Source of the DNA: Klebsiella phage vB_KvM-Eowyn
DNA: 40,000 bases
Sequence record: LR881104.1
Strand: one strand, 5' to 3'
Under the pieces are notes generated by a model. That model worked only from the letters and a program-made list of their open reading frames with translations. It made no database searches and was not told the origin of the DNA. Every line of letters begins with the position of its first letter. Positions within the stretch are counted from its first letter, which is position 1. Below are positions 25,685-34,742 of this stretch, in pieces. A program made the translations under genes and the position numbers.

Positions 25685-27232
25685 ATGCAAATGACACTAG
25701 CTCCGTATTCTAACGGAGTGTCTGAAATCACAGTCAGTCATAGGCAGCAATCCATTACGTTTAAAGGTACGACGTATAATCGTACCATCCTCAAAGAAAA
25801 AGAAGCATTCTTTCAGGACATTAATGCGTATTGGGATAGTTTGCCCATGTCGACCCAGGATGCCATATGGGCCACGTATTTGGAATTGGACCGTGCATTT
25901 GTTTCAGAAGAAGGTACCAACAGTGTACACAAAACACTCCATCAATTACTCCTGCAATTGTATCAGTACCACAGCATGGACAGCTTTCGGTATTGGATAC
26001 GTTTCAAATCCCGTGTCAAATATCCCCCCGATTTAAAAGAAAAATACAGTCCAGAATACCCCAAAGAAATGACCTATCTGCTAGAAGACTATCGCGGTCT
26101 ATTGGCATTGACTTTGGGTTTGCGGATCGTGCTACCAATTGTGTTACGTTATACCCTGGCGGTAGAGCGCGAACAAAAAGGGAAGTATAAAGAGTTCATG
26201 TGTCTCAAGTTGCTCGAGGGTACTGAGTTAATGAATTCACCGGAAATGGCACAGATCAAAGGTTACGTTACCGCGGCCGCTAACGTCAATGAGAAACCAC
26301 CATCAATGTCGGCGATACTGGGTGGGTTGGGGTCTACACAAATCCCAATGTTCTTCCTGGCGCACGCCATCATTCGGCGGGTTATCGTTAGTGAGCTGAA
26401 AACCGAAGGGGACCCAGTTAACATAGTTTCGAATGTGTGGAACTTTGTTTCTCAAATGGATTTGGATAAACGTTTCGGTGGGGCTACAAAGGATAAGAAC
26501 CCGACTGGCGCAGTGGCTGAGGATGATAAACAATCGGTCGCTGAGATTTATAAGAATAAGGAACGTATCTCCGCGTCTTCACCCGTGACGGAAACTGTGT
26601 TTGTTGGTATGTATCTAAGTGCCAAGAAATACATCGATCCTACCATGGATGATGATCTAGCCGAAATGCTTTGGGCCCACCATAAACAACTGAAATCGTT
26701 CGACCCTGAACCTTGGCAGTTGGTGTTGATGGGTTGGGTGTTGGCACCACAAGTAACGTTTAAAACCAGGGACTATTTAGAACCTGAGGATCGCAATCGG
26801 GGGATTGCTATCGCACAAGCGTTATTGTGGCATTGGGGATTCCCGCAGCTGGCTGCGTTACTGACCGCTACAAGAGCAGTGCCCATCCACTTCGAAGGCG
26901 CGTCGCAATCCAGTGCACAGCTTTCCATCATGAAGCGAGCCTGGCGCGGACCTACCGAAGAAATGGTGCGTGAAATTAATGAACAATACCCACATCACAA
27001 GTTGATACGCAATAAGTTCGATCCAAATCAATCGAACTATGCGGTGGTAGCTATCAATGAGTTGTTCTCCATGGTGGTCTCAGGGGATTGGGATTTGAAT
27101 TGTCCTCGGTCGTTGATTGATGTTTGTGGAATGTCTGAAGATTTATCGGGATATGCCCCACCGACCGATCTGAAATATCAGCTGTATGATTTTGTTATAA
27201 AGAACAACCGCCGTAAAAGCGGAAAACAGTAA
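25685..27232 (+). CDS. Candidate fifth subunit of the non-virion RNAP (PhiKZ gp68-like by position and size)
   Basis: 515 aa. It lies two genes upstream of the beta C-part, matching the PhiKZ order gp68-69-70-71/73-74-75. No motif is diagnostic by eye. Confidence 0.6.
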   Translation: MQMTLAPYSNGVSEITVSHRQQSITFKGTTYNRTILKEKEAFFQDINAYWDSLPMSTQDAIWATYLELDRAFVSEEGTNSVHKTLHQLLLQLYQYHSMDSFRYWIRFKSRVKYPPDLKEKYSPEYPKEMTYLLEDYRGLLALTLGLRIVLPIVLRYTLAVEREQKGKYKEFMCLKLLEGTELMNSPEMAQIKGYVTAAANVNEKPPSMSAILGGLGSTQIPMFFLAHAIIRRVIVSELKTEGDPVNIVSNVWNFVSQMDLDKRFGGATKDKNPTGAVAEDDKQSVAEIYKNKERISASSPVTETVFVGMYLSAKKYIDPTMDDDLAEMLWAHHKQLKSFDPEPWQLVLMGWVLAPQVTFKTRDYLEPEDRNRGIAIAQALLWHWGFPQLAALLTATRAVPIHFEGASQSSAQLSIMKRAWRGPTEEMVREINEQYPHHKLIRNKFDPNQSNYAVVAINELFSMVVSGDWDLNCPRSLIDVCGMSEDLSGYAPPTDLKYQLYDFVIKNNRRKSGKQ

Positions 27233-27257
27233 AAATACTGATCCTGGAGCTATAAAA

Positions 27258-28775
27258 ATGAGAGTACTGAATTTCTTCCTGACGCATACTGGTACGCACT
27301 CTGACGCAATGCTGCGTTCCTACGACGTGTCGGTGTCTCAACAAAACATCGACGCCGTAAGGGAAACAACCTTGCGAGGTGCGGTAACCGACATGCGAAC
27401 TATTGCAATGGGGGTGACTGAAATAGCATCTTCGGTGATGCGTCAGAAAACGACTCCAGATGCAGTGGTTTCAATCCCCAACGGGATGGGCGAACAGCGA
27501 TTACGTTTCTATCTGGAAATAGAAACGGATCGCACTAGTCTCACAGTGAACCGTCAAATTATCACCGGATTCACCGATCACCTTGGTTATCACGACCATA
27601 TGGGGCGGGTTAGTATTGACCCTAACATGCAATACTACCCTAATAACATCATTTGTCTTAGGGACCAAATTACTTTCGACCATACACGGGGTATCAATAC
27701 CACCACCACCGTGGTGAGTGATAGCTCTCAGATTCTTCGCGGGGATTGCCTGGTCGTAAATCCGGGGGTAGTGCAACCTCCAGTTCACGACGTCTGGGGA
27801 CATCAAACGCCGGTCAGACCAATTGTGGCCGGAACGGTGAATGCAAATGACGTCTATGCAGTTCGTCCGCAGGATGTATTTCGTCATAAAGCAGCTACCG
27901 AAATGGTCCGTCAACATGGAGGTGGCGCTACTACCGATAAGCGCTTAAGTTTCATGGACGGGGTTCGTAAAAGTCATCGCGATAACGCCAATGGTACTCG
28001 GTATCTGGCCAAGACGTTGGCGGCAATGAACCAGGCGTACACCATGGATGACGCCGACAGTAACTACATCACTACCCTGTATAATCAGGCTGGGGGGTTA
28101 ATCGGTGAGGCTACTATCGCCCAAGACCGCTTTCTGGGGATGTTAAACTCCGGGGGTGGATTTACTCAGCGGGGGTTCTTCACACACCAAGAACTACTCA
28201 ACCACGTACCTGACGCGGAAAATATCGCCGTCATTATTAAACCAACAACGCCCACCGAAATCAACGAGCTTTGCAACCGTGGCAACACCGATGGTTGGGG
28301 TGGTGGTGATTGGGAAACTTTGATTGCTACGCGTCTAAGTTCAGCAACCCCGGGCATCATGATGGAATCCTCCATTTCCAGGATCTGGTTTGAAGGCACC
28401 AACATGACCCACAACGGTCGTTTCCAAATTAACATCATGCCCGATCATTTCGCAATGATGACACAAGTGGCGGATGTAGAGTCCATGATTACCCGCTTTA
28501 AAATTAACATGGAAACGCAAGTGCTGCCAGGCATGCTACCCAATAGCCAAATGCCGGTAACCGTAACCGCGGTAATGGACTGGGCTGGCGAATCGCGGAT
28601 TTGGGTAAGTGTGGATGGTCGCCCACCGGTACCATTCGAGCACGCCAATTTCTGCGATGGTTTAAGCTCTCCGGTTATCTGTGCAAACCCGGAAGCAGCA
28701 TCACACATCTCTAACGACCTGGTCAACCTGGCCGAATTAGCACGTTTACCTTACCATAATGCAATGGGGAATTAA
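27258..28775 (+). CDS. Hypothetical protein (PhiKZ gp69-like by position)
   Basis: 505-aa ORF in the RNAP operon. Confidence 0.75.
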   Translation: MRVLNFFLTHTGTHSDAMLRSYDVSVSQQNIDAVRETTLRGAVTDMRTIAMGVTEIASSVMRQKTTPDAVVSIPNGMGEQRLRFYLEIETDRTSLTVNRQIITGFTDHLGYHDHMGRVSIDPNMQYYPNNIICLRDQITFDHTRGINTTTTVVSDSSQILRGDCLVVNPGVVQPPVHDVWGHQTPVRPIVAGTVNANDVYAVRPQDVFRHKAATEMVRQHGGGATTDKRLSFMDGVRKSHRDNANGTRYLAKTLAAMNQAYTMDDADSNYITTLYNQAGGLIGEATIAQDRFLGMLNSGGGFTQRGFFTHQELLNHVPDAENIAVIIKPTTPTEINELCNRGNTDGWGGGDWETLIATRLSSATPGIMMESSISRIWFEGTNMTHNGRFQINIMPDHFAMMTQVADVESMITRFKINMETQVLPGMLPNSQMPVTVTAVMDWAGESRIWVSVDGRPPVPFEHANFCDGLSSPVICANPEAASHISNDLVNLAELARLPYHNAMGN

Positions 28776-28777
28776 TA

Positions 28778-30163
28778 ATGAGCTTACACACTGAGTTAGT
28801 CGAAAAGTATCAGGACCTGCTAACCAGCATGGGACTAACTGTCGACCTCCCCTACGTGCGTTTGGCTGAAAGCAACGGCGTTGAAACACCGGTTACGGTG
28901 CATGATAAACCGCTGGTTTTACCGACGCTCGATCTTCTGAAAGAAAACAACTGGGATAGCCTGCAGCCATTCCATCCGCTGGCGGAAAACCCGCTGCGGG
29001 GAGAATCGGTTATTCTCAAGAAACTTCGGGTTCTGGTGGCATTTCATGCGACTAGCGTTATCCTGACCCTGGCCGAAGAACTGCTGACCATTGCGTCAGA
29101 TGGCGCGCTACAAGCTAAGTTATCTCCGAAGGCCAGTGAGTTTCTTTCTCACGTAGGTGACGTCGATGCGAAAACTCTGAAAGCAATGGACTCGGTACGG
29201 AAGAAAGTTACCGTACTTGGTGACCATCGTTTAGTTGGGTTCTATTTTAGTCGTCCCGGCGACCAACGTAAAGACAGTTACACTCGCCTGTGTCGCGTAG
29301 ACTTTCCAATCTTCGATGCGCTGGCCGATAAAGAACCAACTATCTTCGGGGTGACTATGCGCCATCGGGATAAGAAGGCGATCCTTGGTGTATTGGATTG
29401 GCTAATCTATCCAAAACACGACGAAGATGCTGACCTGGCTGGGTTCTATAACGCCGGTACCAGAACCTTAAACGCACCGTATTTTGTTACGCTGATGTCG
29501 GCGTTCAAAAAACTGATGCATGAATTGAACAGCAAAATCAAACTGTTCAAGAAAACTATTCCGGATGTCGTCGCAGAAACACTGACCGATCTGAGCTGGG
29601 CGGATCTCATCGATGATATCGATCATTATCGCGATGTCATCCCGACTCTTCCGGGTAATGAAGGTACGGTCTCCAGTCATCCTAAAAATGATGGCGCTGA
29701 AGTCAAAGGAACCCCAATGCTAAACATCAATACGCCGATTGGTGGTCAACGTGAAGAACCAACCCCGGTAACGCCACCGCCGGTTATCCGCCCTGCGCAG
29801 CAACAAGCTACTGAAGAAAGTGACGATGGGTATATCACGAATAGCCTCGGCATTCGCATGCCTAAATCACCCAATCTGACGCCTGCCCGCGTACCGATGC
29901 CGGTCCAAGCACCAACCCCGTACGTACCACCGGTCCCCACCTATGTAGCGCCGCCGACAGTACAAGCGCCACCAGTTCAGGCGCAAGTACAATCGAACGG
30001 TAAAGTGCGGATGGGCGATCTGATGCCAGGCGTACAACAGCAACAGGTCGGTGGTTATCAACCACCTCAGCCGTTGACTGGGCGTCAGGCATTCCGAGCC
30101 CAACAAACTGCACAGCAGGCTATCATCACCCCGGGGTTTATCCAACCTCATCGTCGCTGGTAA
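28778..30163 (+). CDS. Hypothetical protein with a Pro/Gln-rich disordered C-terminus (PhiKZ gp70-like by position)
   Basis: 461 aa. The C-terminal ~150 aa are PTPVTPPPVIRPAQQQ...VQAPTPYVPPVPTYVAPPTVQAPPVQAQ. Confidence 0.75.
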   Translation: MSLHTELVEKYQDLLTSMGLTVDLPYVRLAESNGVETPVTVHDKPLVLPTLDLLKENNWDSLQPFHPLAENPLRGESVILKKLRVLVAFHATSVILTLAEELLTIASDGALQAKLSPKASEFLSHVGDVDAKTLKAMDSVRKKVTVLGDHRLVGFYFSRPGDQRKDSYTRLCRVDFPIFDALADKEPTIFGVTMRHRDKKAILGVLDWLIYPKHDEDADLAGFYNAGTRTLNAPYFVTLMSAFKKLMHELNSKIKLFKKTIPDVVAETLTDLSWADLIDDIDHYRDVIPTLPGNEGTVSSHPKNDGAEVKGTPMLNINTPIGGQREEPTPVTPPPVIRPAQQQATEESDDGYITNSLGIRMPKSPNLTPARVPMPVQAPTPYVPPVPTYVAPPTVQAPPVQAQVQSNGKVRMGDLMPGVQQQQVGGYQPPQPLTGRQAFRAQQTAQQAIITPGFIQPHRRW

Positions 30164-30168
30164 CATAA

Positions 30169-30199
30169 CGGCATAAAGGGAGAGGCTTCGGCCTCTCCC
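30169..30199. terminator. TTCG-loop hairpin at a convergent junction with CGGCATA arm
   Basis: CGGCATA (30169-30175), GGGAGAGGC-TTCG-GCCTCTCCC (30178-30199). Confidence 0.75.
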
Positions 30200-30223
30200 T
30201 CCCACCACTTCGACTATTTATTT

Positions 30224-30568
30224 TTACACACTACCAAATGTAGTGTTATAAGCAGAAGCCAACTGCTGTAATGTGGTTTGATTGGGTATATACAGCGTTC
30301 GTATTGACGAATTAAATTCCCTAAAATGATACATGTAATTTAGTCGCATAATAAGCCAATACATGTAAGGAGAATACCCCAATGATTTTAAATAAAGTTC
30401 TGGGCGATATTCGTAAGTGTAAGCATCTTCCGGGGTAATGGAAAGTTCCGTTGTTGAGGGGAGGCTACGAATCCATTCGATATGGTCTTCAAATAATCGC
30501 CTAAACCCCAACAGGTAATAAACATCATTTCCTTGGTCAGCTGCTTTACTAATAAGCGATACGGTCAT
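30224..30568 (-). CDS. Small protein, possibly baseplate-wedge gp53/LysM-like
   Basis: 114 aa with YEYRPELYLKSLGYSPYMYWLIMRLNYMYHFREFNSSIRTLYIPNQTTLQQLASAY, loosely like short baseplate LysM-type domains. Confidence 0.35.
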   Translation of the reverse strand: MTVSLISKAADQGNDVYYLLGFRRLFEDHIEWIRSLPSTTELSITPEDAYTYEYRPELYLKSLGYSPYMYWLIMRLNYMYHFREFNSSIRTLYIPNQTTLQQLASAYNTTFGSV

Positions 30569-30602
30569 GAATGCCTCTCGATAGCCAAAATAATTATAGA
30601 CC

Positions 30603-30612
30603 TATATTACTA
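30603..30612 (+). promoter_or_regulatory. TATATTACTA promoter-like element
   Basis: Exact TATATTACTA 54 bp upstream of ATG 30657 (nvRNAP beta C-part). Confidence 0.6.
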
Positions 30613-30656
30613 GAATGTAGTACCACAATAAATTGATAGAGTCATAGGATAAAAAC

Positions 30657-32723
30657 ATGGTAGAGTATATCCATAATGAGTTAACTGTTGAAAACCTGGG
30701 CGGTATATCCAGTCTTCAGGTTTTTCCAGGGAATAACTCAAGTCCGCGTGAACAAATGGCTACCAGCCAAATAGGTCAATCATTGCTCCCGTATGGTTGC
30801 GCAGAGCGGTTTCTACAGACGGGTGACGAATTTCAGTATGGGACATGTACTTTCAATGTTAGTATTCCGGTAGATGCCGAAATTATTGATGTCGTGCATA
30901 AGGTTAATACTGCCGTCCATCACGGTAAAATCAAAGTCAATCCGGTGATGTCCGTTATTTGGCGCGATATCGATAAAGTGTCTGTATTCGGTGTAACTCA
31001 TATTGAGCGATTTCATGCCGCACATCAGGCTTTCGGTATTCGCTATAAAGAACACAAAACCAACATGGCTAAAATTCGACCTGGTATGGGGGTCGAACGT
31101 GGTACGGTACTGATGCATTCCCCAGGCATTTCTGAGACCGGGGCCTATGCATATAGTGTCAACGCTAACGTGGCGTTCCTATCGGTCCCAGGGGTGGATA
31201 ACGATGGGATTATCATGGGAAGTCAGCTCATCCATGATTTTACCGCAACTGGGATTGTTAGCCTCAATGCGAAATGGGGGTCTGATAAGTATCCATTGAA
31301 CCTGTATGGCACAAAGGACTATTATCAACCGTTCCCTAACATTGGGGATAAAATCCGACCAGATGGACTGGTCATGGCGTTTCGAGAGTACGACCTCTTT
31401 AGCGCCGTTGTTGATATGACCCCTGAAGCTTTAATGGAAGTTGATTATACTTGGGATACCTGTTATTACGGTAAACCAAATGGCGAGGTTCTGGATATCA
31501 CGGTGCTGCATCAAAACACCCGCCCCGAAATCACCCCAACGGGAATGTCCGAACAAGCCAGAATGTATTTCAACGAATCCCAGCGGTATTATGGCCAGTT
31601 AAGGAACACTTATAATGAATTACGTCGCAAGTATCGTAACCTTACACTGACGCCAGCGCTGCAAAATCTGCTCGTTCGTGCAGAAGCAGAAAACCCGGAG
31701 CAGCAAAGCAACGTTCAGAAAACAATGCATAAAGACTCATTGGATGATTGGCACGTGTATCTCACGTTTGCCTATGACGTCGTCCCGTCGATCGGTTCAA
31801 AGCTCACAGACCACCATGGGGGTAAAGGTGTTATTGTCGGTATCTGGGACGAGCAAGACATGCCTATTGATGAGTGGGGTACCCGGGCTGGATTAATCAT
31901 GGACCCTGAATCCACCATTAACCGCATGAACCTAGGCCGTATCTATGAGCACGGTACAAATTGGTATTCGGCCAGAATAATTAACCGGTTGCTATATCTG
32001 CGCGAAACTCGCCCCGATACATTCTATCAGGATGCATGGGATGAATTGATGCGGTATTACAAAACAGTATCCATTAGACATTATAGACTAATGGAACACC
32101 ACTATCGTAACGATAAAGACATTATCAATCATGTCAACTATGTCATGCAGTTCCGTGATGGTATTCATCTTCACATGCCACCAGATCGTGAAGATGCGGG
32201 CTATCCGTCTTATTGCAATCTTAAAGAAACCTATCCTGAGTTCAAAGCAGGGCCGGTTGAATATAGGACTCGCAAAGGTCGTTGGATTACTACCAAGAAA
32301 CCCGTTAAGATTGCTAGCATGGCAATCATTCTCTTAGAGAAAACCGGGGAAGATTGGTCCGCAGTATCCACACCAAAAATGCAGCATTACGGTATCCCGG
32401 CGATGGTCACGAACGATGATAAGTATTCCACCCCCGGTCGTGAGCAGGCGGTTAAATTACCAGGCGAAGCTGAAACTCGGTTGCTTGGTTCTACGGTTGG
32501 TGGTGACGTGACGGCAGACCTGGTCGATCTCCCGAATATTCCTGGAGGACAAAAACAAATTGCGAAGACATTGTTGCTGGCGGAAAACCCATCCGATGTC
32601 GGGGATATCTTGAATAAAGAACAATTCCCCGATGGTTCCAATAGGGCACTCCAATTGAACAAACATGTTCTGCTTTGTTCCGGTATCACGTTTGCTTCTG
32701 AAGGTGACTCATGCGACAAATAA
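30657..32723 (+). CDS. Non-virion RNA polymerase beta C-terminal subunit (PhiKZ gp71-73-like)
   Basis: SIGSKLTDHHGGKGVIVGI matches the beta-subunit GDKxxxRHGNKGV motif. Confidence 0.92.
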   Translation: MVEYIHNELTVENLGGISSLQVFPGNNSSPREQMATSQIGQSLLPYGCAERFLQTGDEFQYGTCTFNVSIPVDAEIIDVVHKVNTAVHHGKIKVNPVMSVIWRDIDKVSVFGVTHIERFHAAHQAFGIRYKEHKTNMAKIRPGMGVERGTVLMHSPGISETGAYAYSVNANVAFLSVPGVDNDGIIMGSQLIHDFTATGIVSLNAKWGSDKYPLNLYGTKDYYQPFPNIGDKIRPDGLVMAFREYDLFSAVVDMTPEALMEVDYTWDTCYYGKPNGEVLDITVLHQNTRPEITPTGMSEQARMYFNESQRYYGQLRNTYNELRRKYRNLTLTPALQNLLVRAEAENPEQQSNVQKTMHKDSLDDWHVYLTFAYDVVPSIGSKLTDHHGGKGVIVGIWDEQDMPIDEWGTRAGLIMDPESTINRMNLGRIYEHGTNWYSARIINRLLYLRETRPDTFYQDAWDELMRYYKTVSIRHYRLMEHHYRNDKDIINHVNYVMQFRDGIHLHMPPDREDAGYPSYCNLKETYPEFKAGPVEYRTRKGRWITTKKPVKIASMAIILLEKTGEDWSAVSTPKMQHYGIPAMVTNDDKYSTPGREQAVKLPGEAETRLLGSTVGGDVTADLVDLPNIPGGQKQIAKTLLLAENPSDVGDILNKEQFPDGSNRALQLNKHVLLCSGITFASEGDSCDK

Positions 32724-34642
32724 AAGCCAGGGACTTACTCAATCTGACTCGTGAAGAACTCAATCACGACGAGCAATTCATGTTAGAGCTTGAGTTTGAC
32801 GACGGCGTAATGGTGACATCCTGGCGCACTACGCTTTATAGTTGGTATATTTGGGAGTTCCAACGGCGGTATCCCAAAGCACCATTGTTAATGCATCACC
32901 ATGTGGGAAATCGCCGATTCAATAAAGGAACCACGAATAAAACGATGAACCATTGTTTTTGGGATACTTTCAGCGCGTATGGTGGAGAACTTCACCCCGA
33001 AGACCTGGCCAAAACTGTCGATGATATTCGTCAACAATTATTCAATGACGTGGAGTACGTCGAAGAGTATGTTCCGACATTAGATATCGATGATTTTATT
33101 GGGGTGCTAAACCACCCCAAAATCAAAGAAATCAATAATGCGGTTCAACCTAACGAGACTAGTATTCAGCAGGCCTATAAAGCAATTACCGTTGTATTGA
33201 AAGACGAAGACGAATTGCGAGATAATGAATTGGCTGAAGCCATTAAATCAGAGTTTCCTAAAGTAGGGCAGGCGCTACAGTGCGTTGGTCCTCGAGGCTA
33301 TCTGACTGATATGGATTCTCACCGATTTGATTTTCCGATCCTAACGTCTTACGGTAACGGCATATATACGCTGGCTGAATCGCTGATTGAATCACGGTCA
33401 GCGACCAAGTCCCTCATATTTAACAAGGAGCTTATTAAAGAAACCGAATATTTCAACCGTGAGATGCAATTATTGTGTCACGTCATGGCTGGGTTATCGG
33501 GTAAAGATTGCGGCACTACTCGAACATTACCGGTACGTATTAGAAATAAGGATGATTTGAAAACGTATAACGGTAAATATCGGGTCACGGATAAAGGGCT
33601 GGCTGCCATCAAATCAACGGACACTGAATTGATTGGCGAAATCGTCCGCATCAGGGCTGTAAGTTGTTGCGAAGAAAAAGCACGCGGGTATGTGTGTCCG
33701 GTTTGTTATGGTGACTTGCATTTATCGGTCCCGTATGGTTCTAATATCGGGCATGTTGCAGCTACTGAGATTTGTCGTGAAATCACTCAGAGGGTATTGT
33801 CGAATAAACACCTTGACCAATCCTCGATGATTGAACGTATCGTCCTATCTCAATACGATGCTAAATTCCTTACAGTGCATCCGTGCGGCTCCAAGCTCGG
33901 ACTGGCGCAGGGGATTAAACCAGGAAGTGTGCGTATTCAGTTCAGCCGTAAGTGTGCGCCGTATTTGGCGGACATCAGAGGTATGGATGAAATTCCGGAG
34001 CATAACCTGGCTCGCTATTCCCACATCGATAGTGTCATTTTGAATATCGATCGCCCTGGGGAAGTTACTTTGTCAGTACCCATCACTGTTGCGATGGGTT
34101 CCCGTATCGGTTATTTCACCGGCTCGTTCTTAAAGCACATGCGTGCTACTGGTTGGTCAATGACGGCTAACGGGGATTATGAAGTTTCCCTGACTGGGTG
34201 GGATAGCAAGCGTCCTATCTTCGCATTACCGATGAAACAGATGAACATGCTGGACTTCAAACAAGAGTTCGAAGCACTCATCAAACGCTCTAAGAAATAC
34301 GGTACGGGGCGCCAATCTCCGGATCTTAACAATCCAGAAGTGATGGCGCAAGAAGTGCAAATTATGGCTGACCTCCTGAACTCCAAAATTTCGACCAACG
34401 TGGTTCATGTCGAAATCATGCTGCAGGCCACCATGGTGATATCTGAAAATGACCGGGATTATCGAATCCCGCATCCTACAGAACATCGCGAATATGGTGG
34501 GTTCAACAACTTGATTAGATTCAGAAGTATCTCTGGTGCATTGGCCCACGAAAAACAAGCCGATACATTGAATACCATGAGTTCTTATCTGGTAACGAAC
34601 AGGCAACCGCATCCGGTATATGACCCGTTCTTGCGGGTATAA
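32711..34642 (+). CDS. Non-virion RNA polymerase beta-prime C-terminal subunit (PhiKZ gp74-like)
   Basis: ARGYVCPVCYGDL (zinc-site-like), then GSNIGHVAATEICREITQRVLSNKH, matching the beta-prime GEAVGIIAAQSIGEPxTQLTxRTFH region. Confidence 0.9.
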   Translation: MRQIKARDLLNLTREELNHDEQFMLELEFDDGVMVTSWRTTLYSWYIWEFQRRYPKAPLLMHHHVGNRRFNKGTTNKTMNHCFWDTFSAYGGELHPEDLAKTVDDIRQQLFNDVEYVEEYVPTLDIDDFIGVLNHPKIKEINNAVQPNETSIQQAYKAITVVLKDEDELRDNELAEAIKSEFPKVGQALQCVGPRGYLTDMDSHRFDFPILTSYGNGIYTLAESLIESRSATKSLIFNKELIKETEYFNREMQLLCHVMAGLSGKDCGTTRTLPVRIRNKDDLKTYNGKYRVTDKGLAAIKSTDTELIGEIVRIRAVSCCEEKARGYVCPVCYGDLHLSVPYGSNIGHVAATEICREITQRVLSNKHLDQSSMIERIVLSQYDAKFLTVHPCGSKLGLAQGIKPGSVRIQFSRKCAPYLADIRGMDEIPEHNLARYSHIDSVILNIDRPGEVTLSVPITVAMGSRIGYFTGSFLKHMRATGWSMTANGDYEVSLTGWDSKRPIFALPMKQMNMLDFKQEFEALIKRSKKYGTGRQSPDLNNPEVMAQEVQIMADLLNSKISTNVVHVEIMLQATMVISENDRDYRIPHPTEHREYGGFNNLIRFRSISGALAHEKQADTLNTMSSYLVTNRQPHPVYDPFLRV

Positions 34643-34650
34643 AGCGTCTA

Positions 34651-34673
34651 GGGGGTGGGATTTACCCACCCCC
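34651..34673 (+). terminator. GC hairpin after the beta-prime C-part
   Basis: GGGGGTGGG-ATTTA-CCCACCCCC, perfect 9-bp stem. Confidence 0.6.
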
Positions 34674-34742
34674 AATTCTGTTGTGATTTTTACAACACCC
34701 CATAATTGTAGGACGCTATGCTTCAATGAGGATATTCTTAGC

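Noticed and set aside
31678-32337. Short plus-strand ORFs inside the beta-C gene considered as an intron- or intein-encoded element
   Set aside because: The 688-aa beta-C frame is continuous through the region with no endonuclease motifs or interrupted conserved blocks.
34620-34742. Extended N-terminus of the helicase ORF
   Set aside because: It begins inside the beta-prime C-part CDS and passes through a strong hairpin (34651-34673). ATG 34743 is more plausible.
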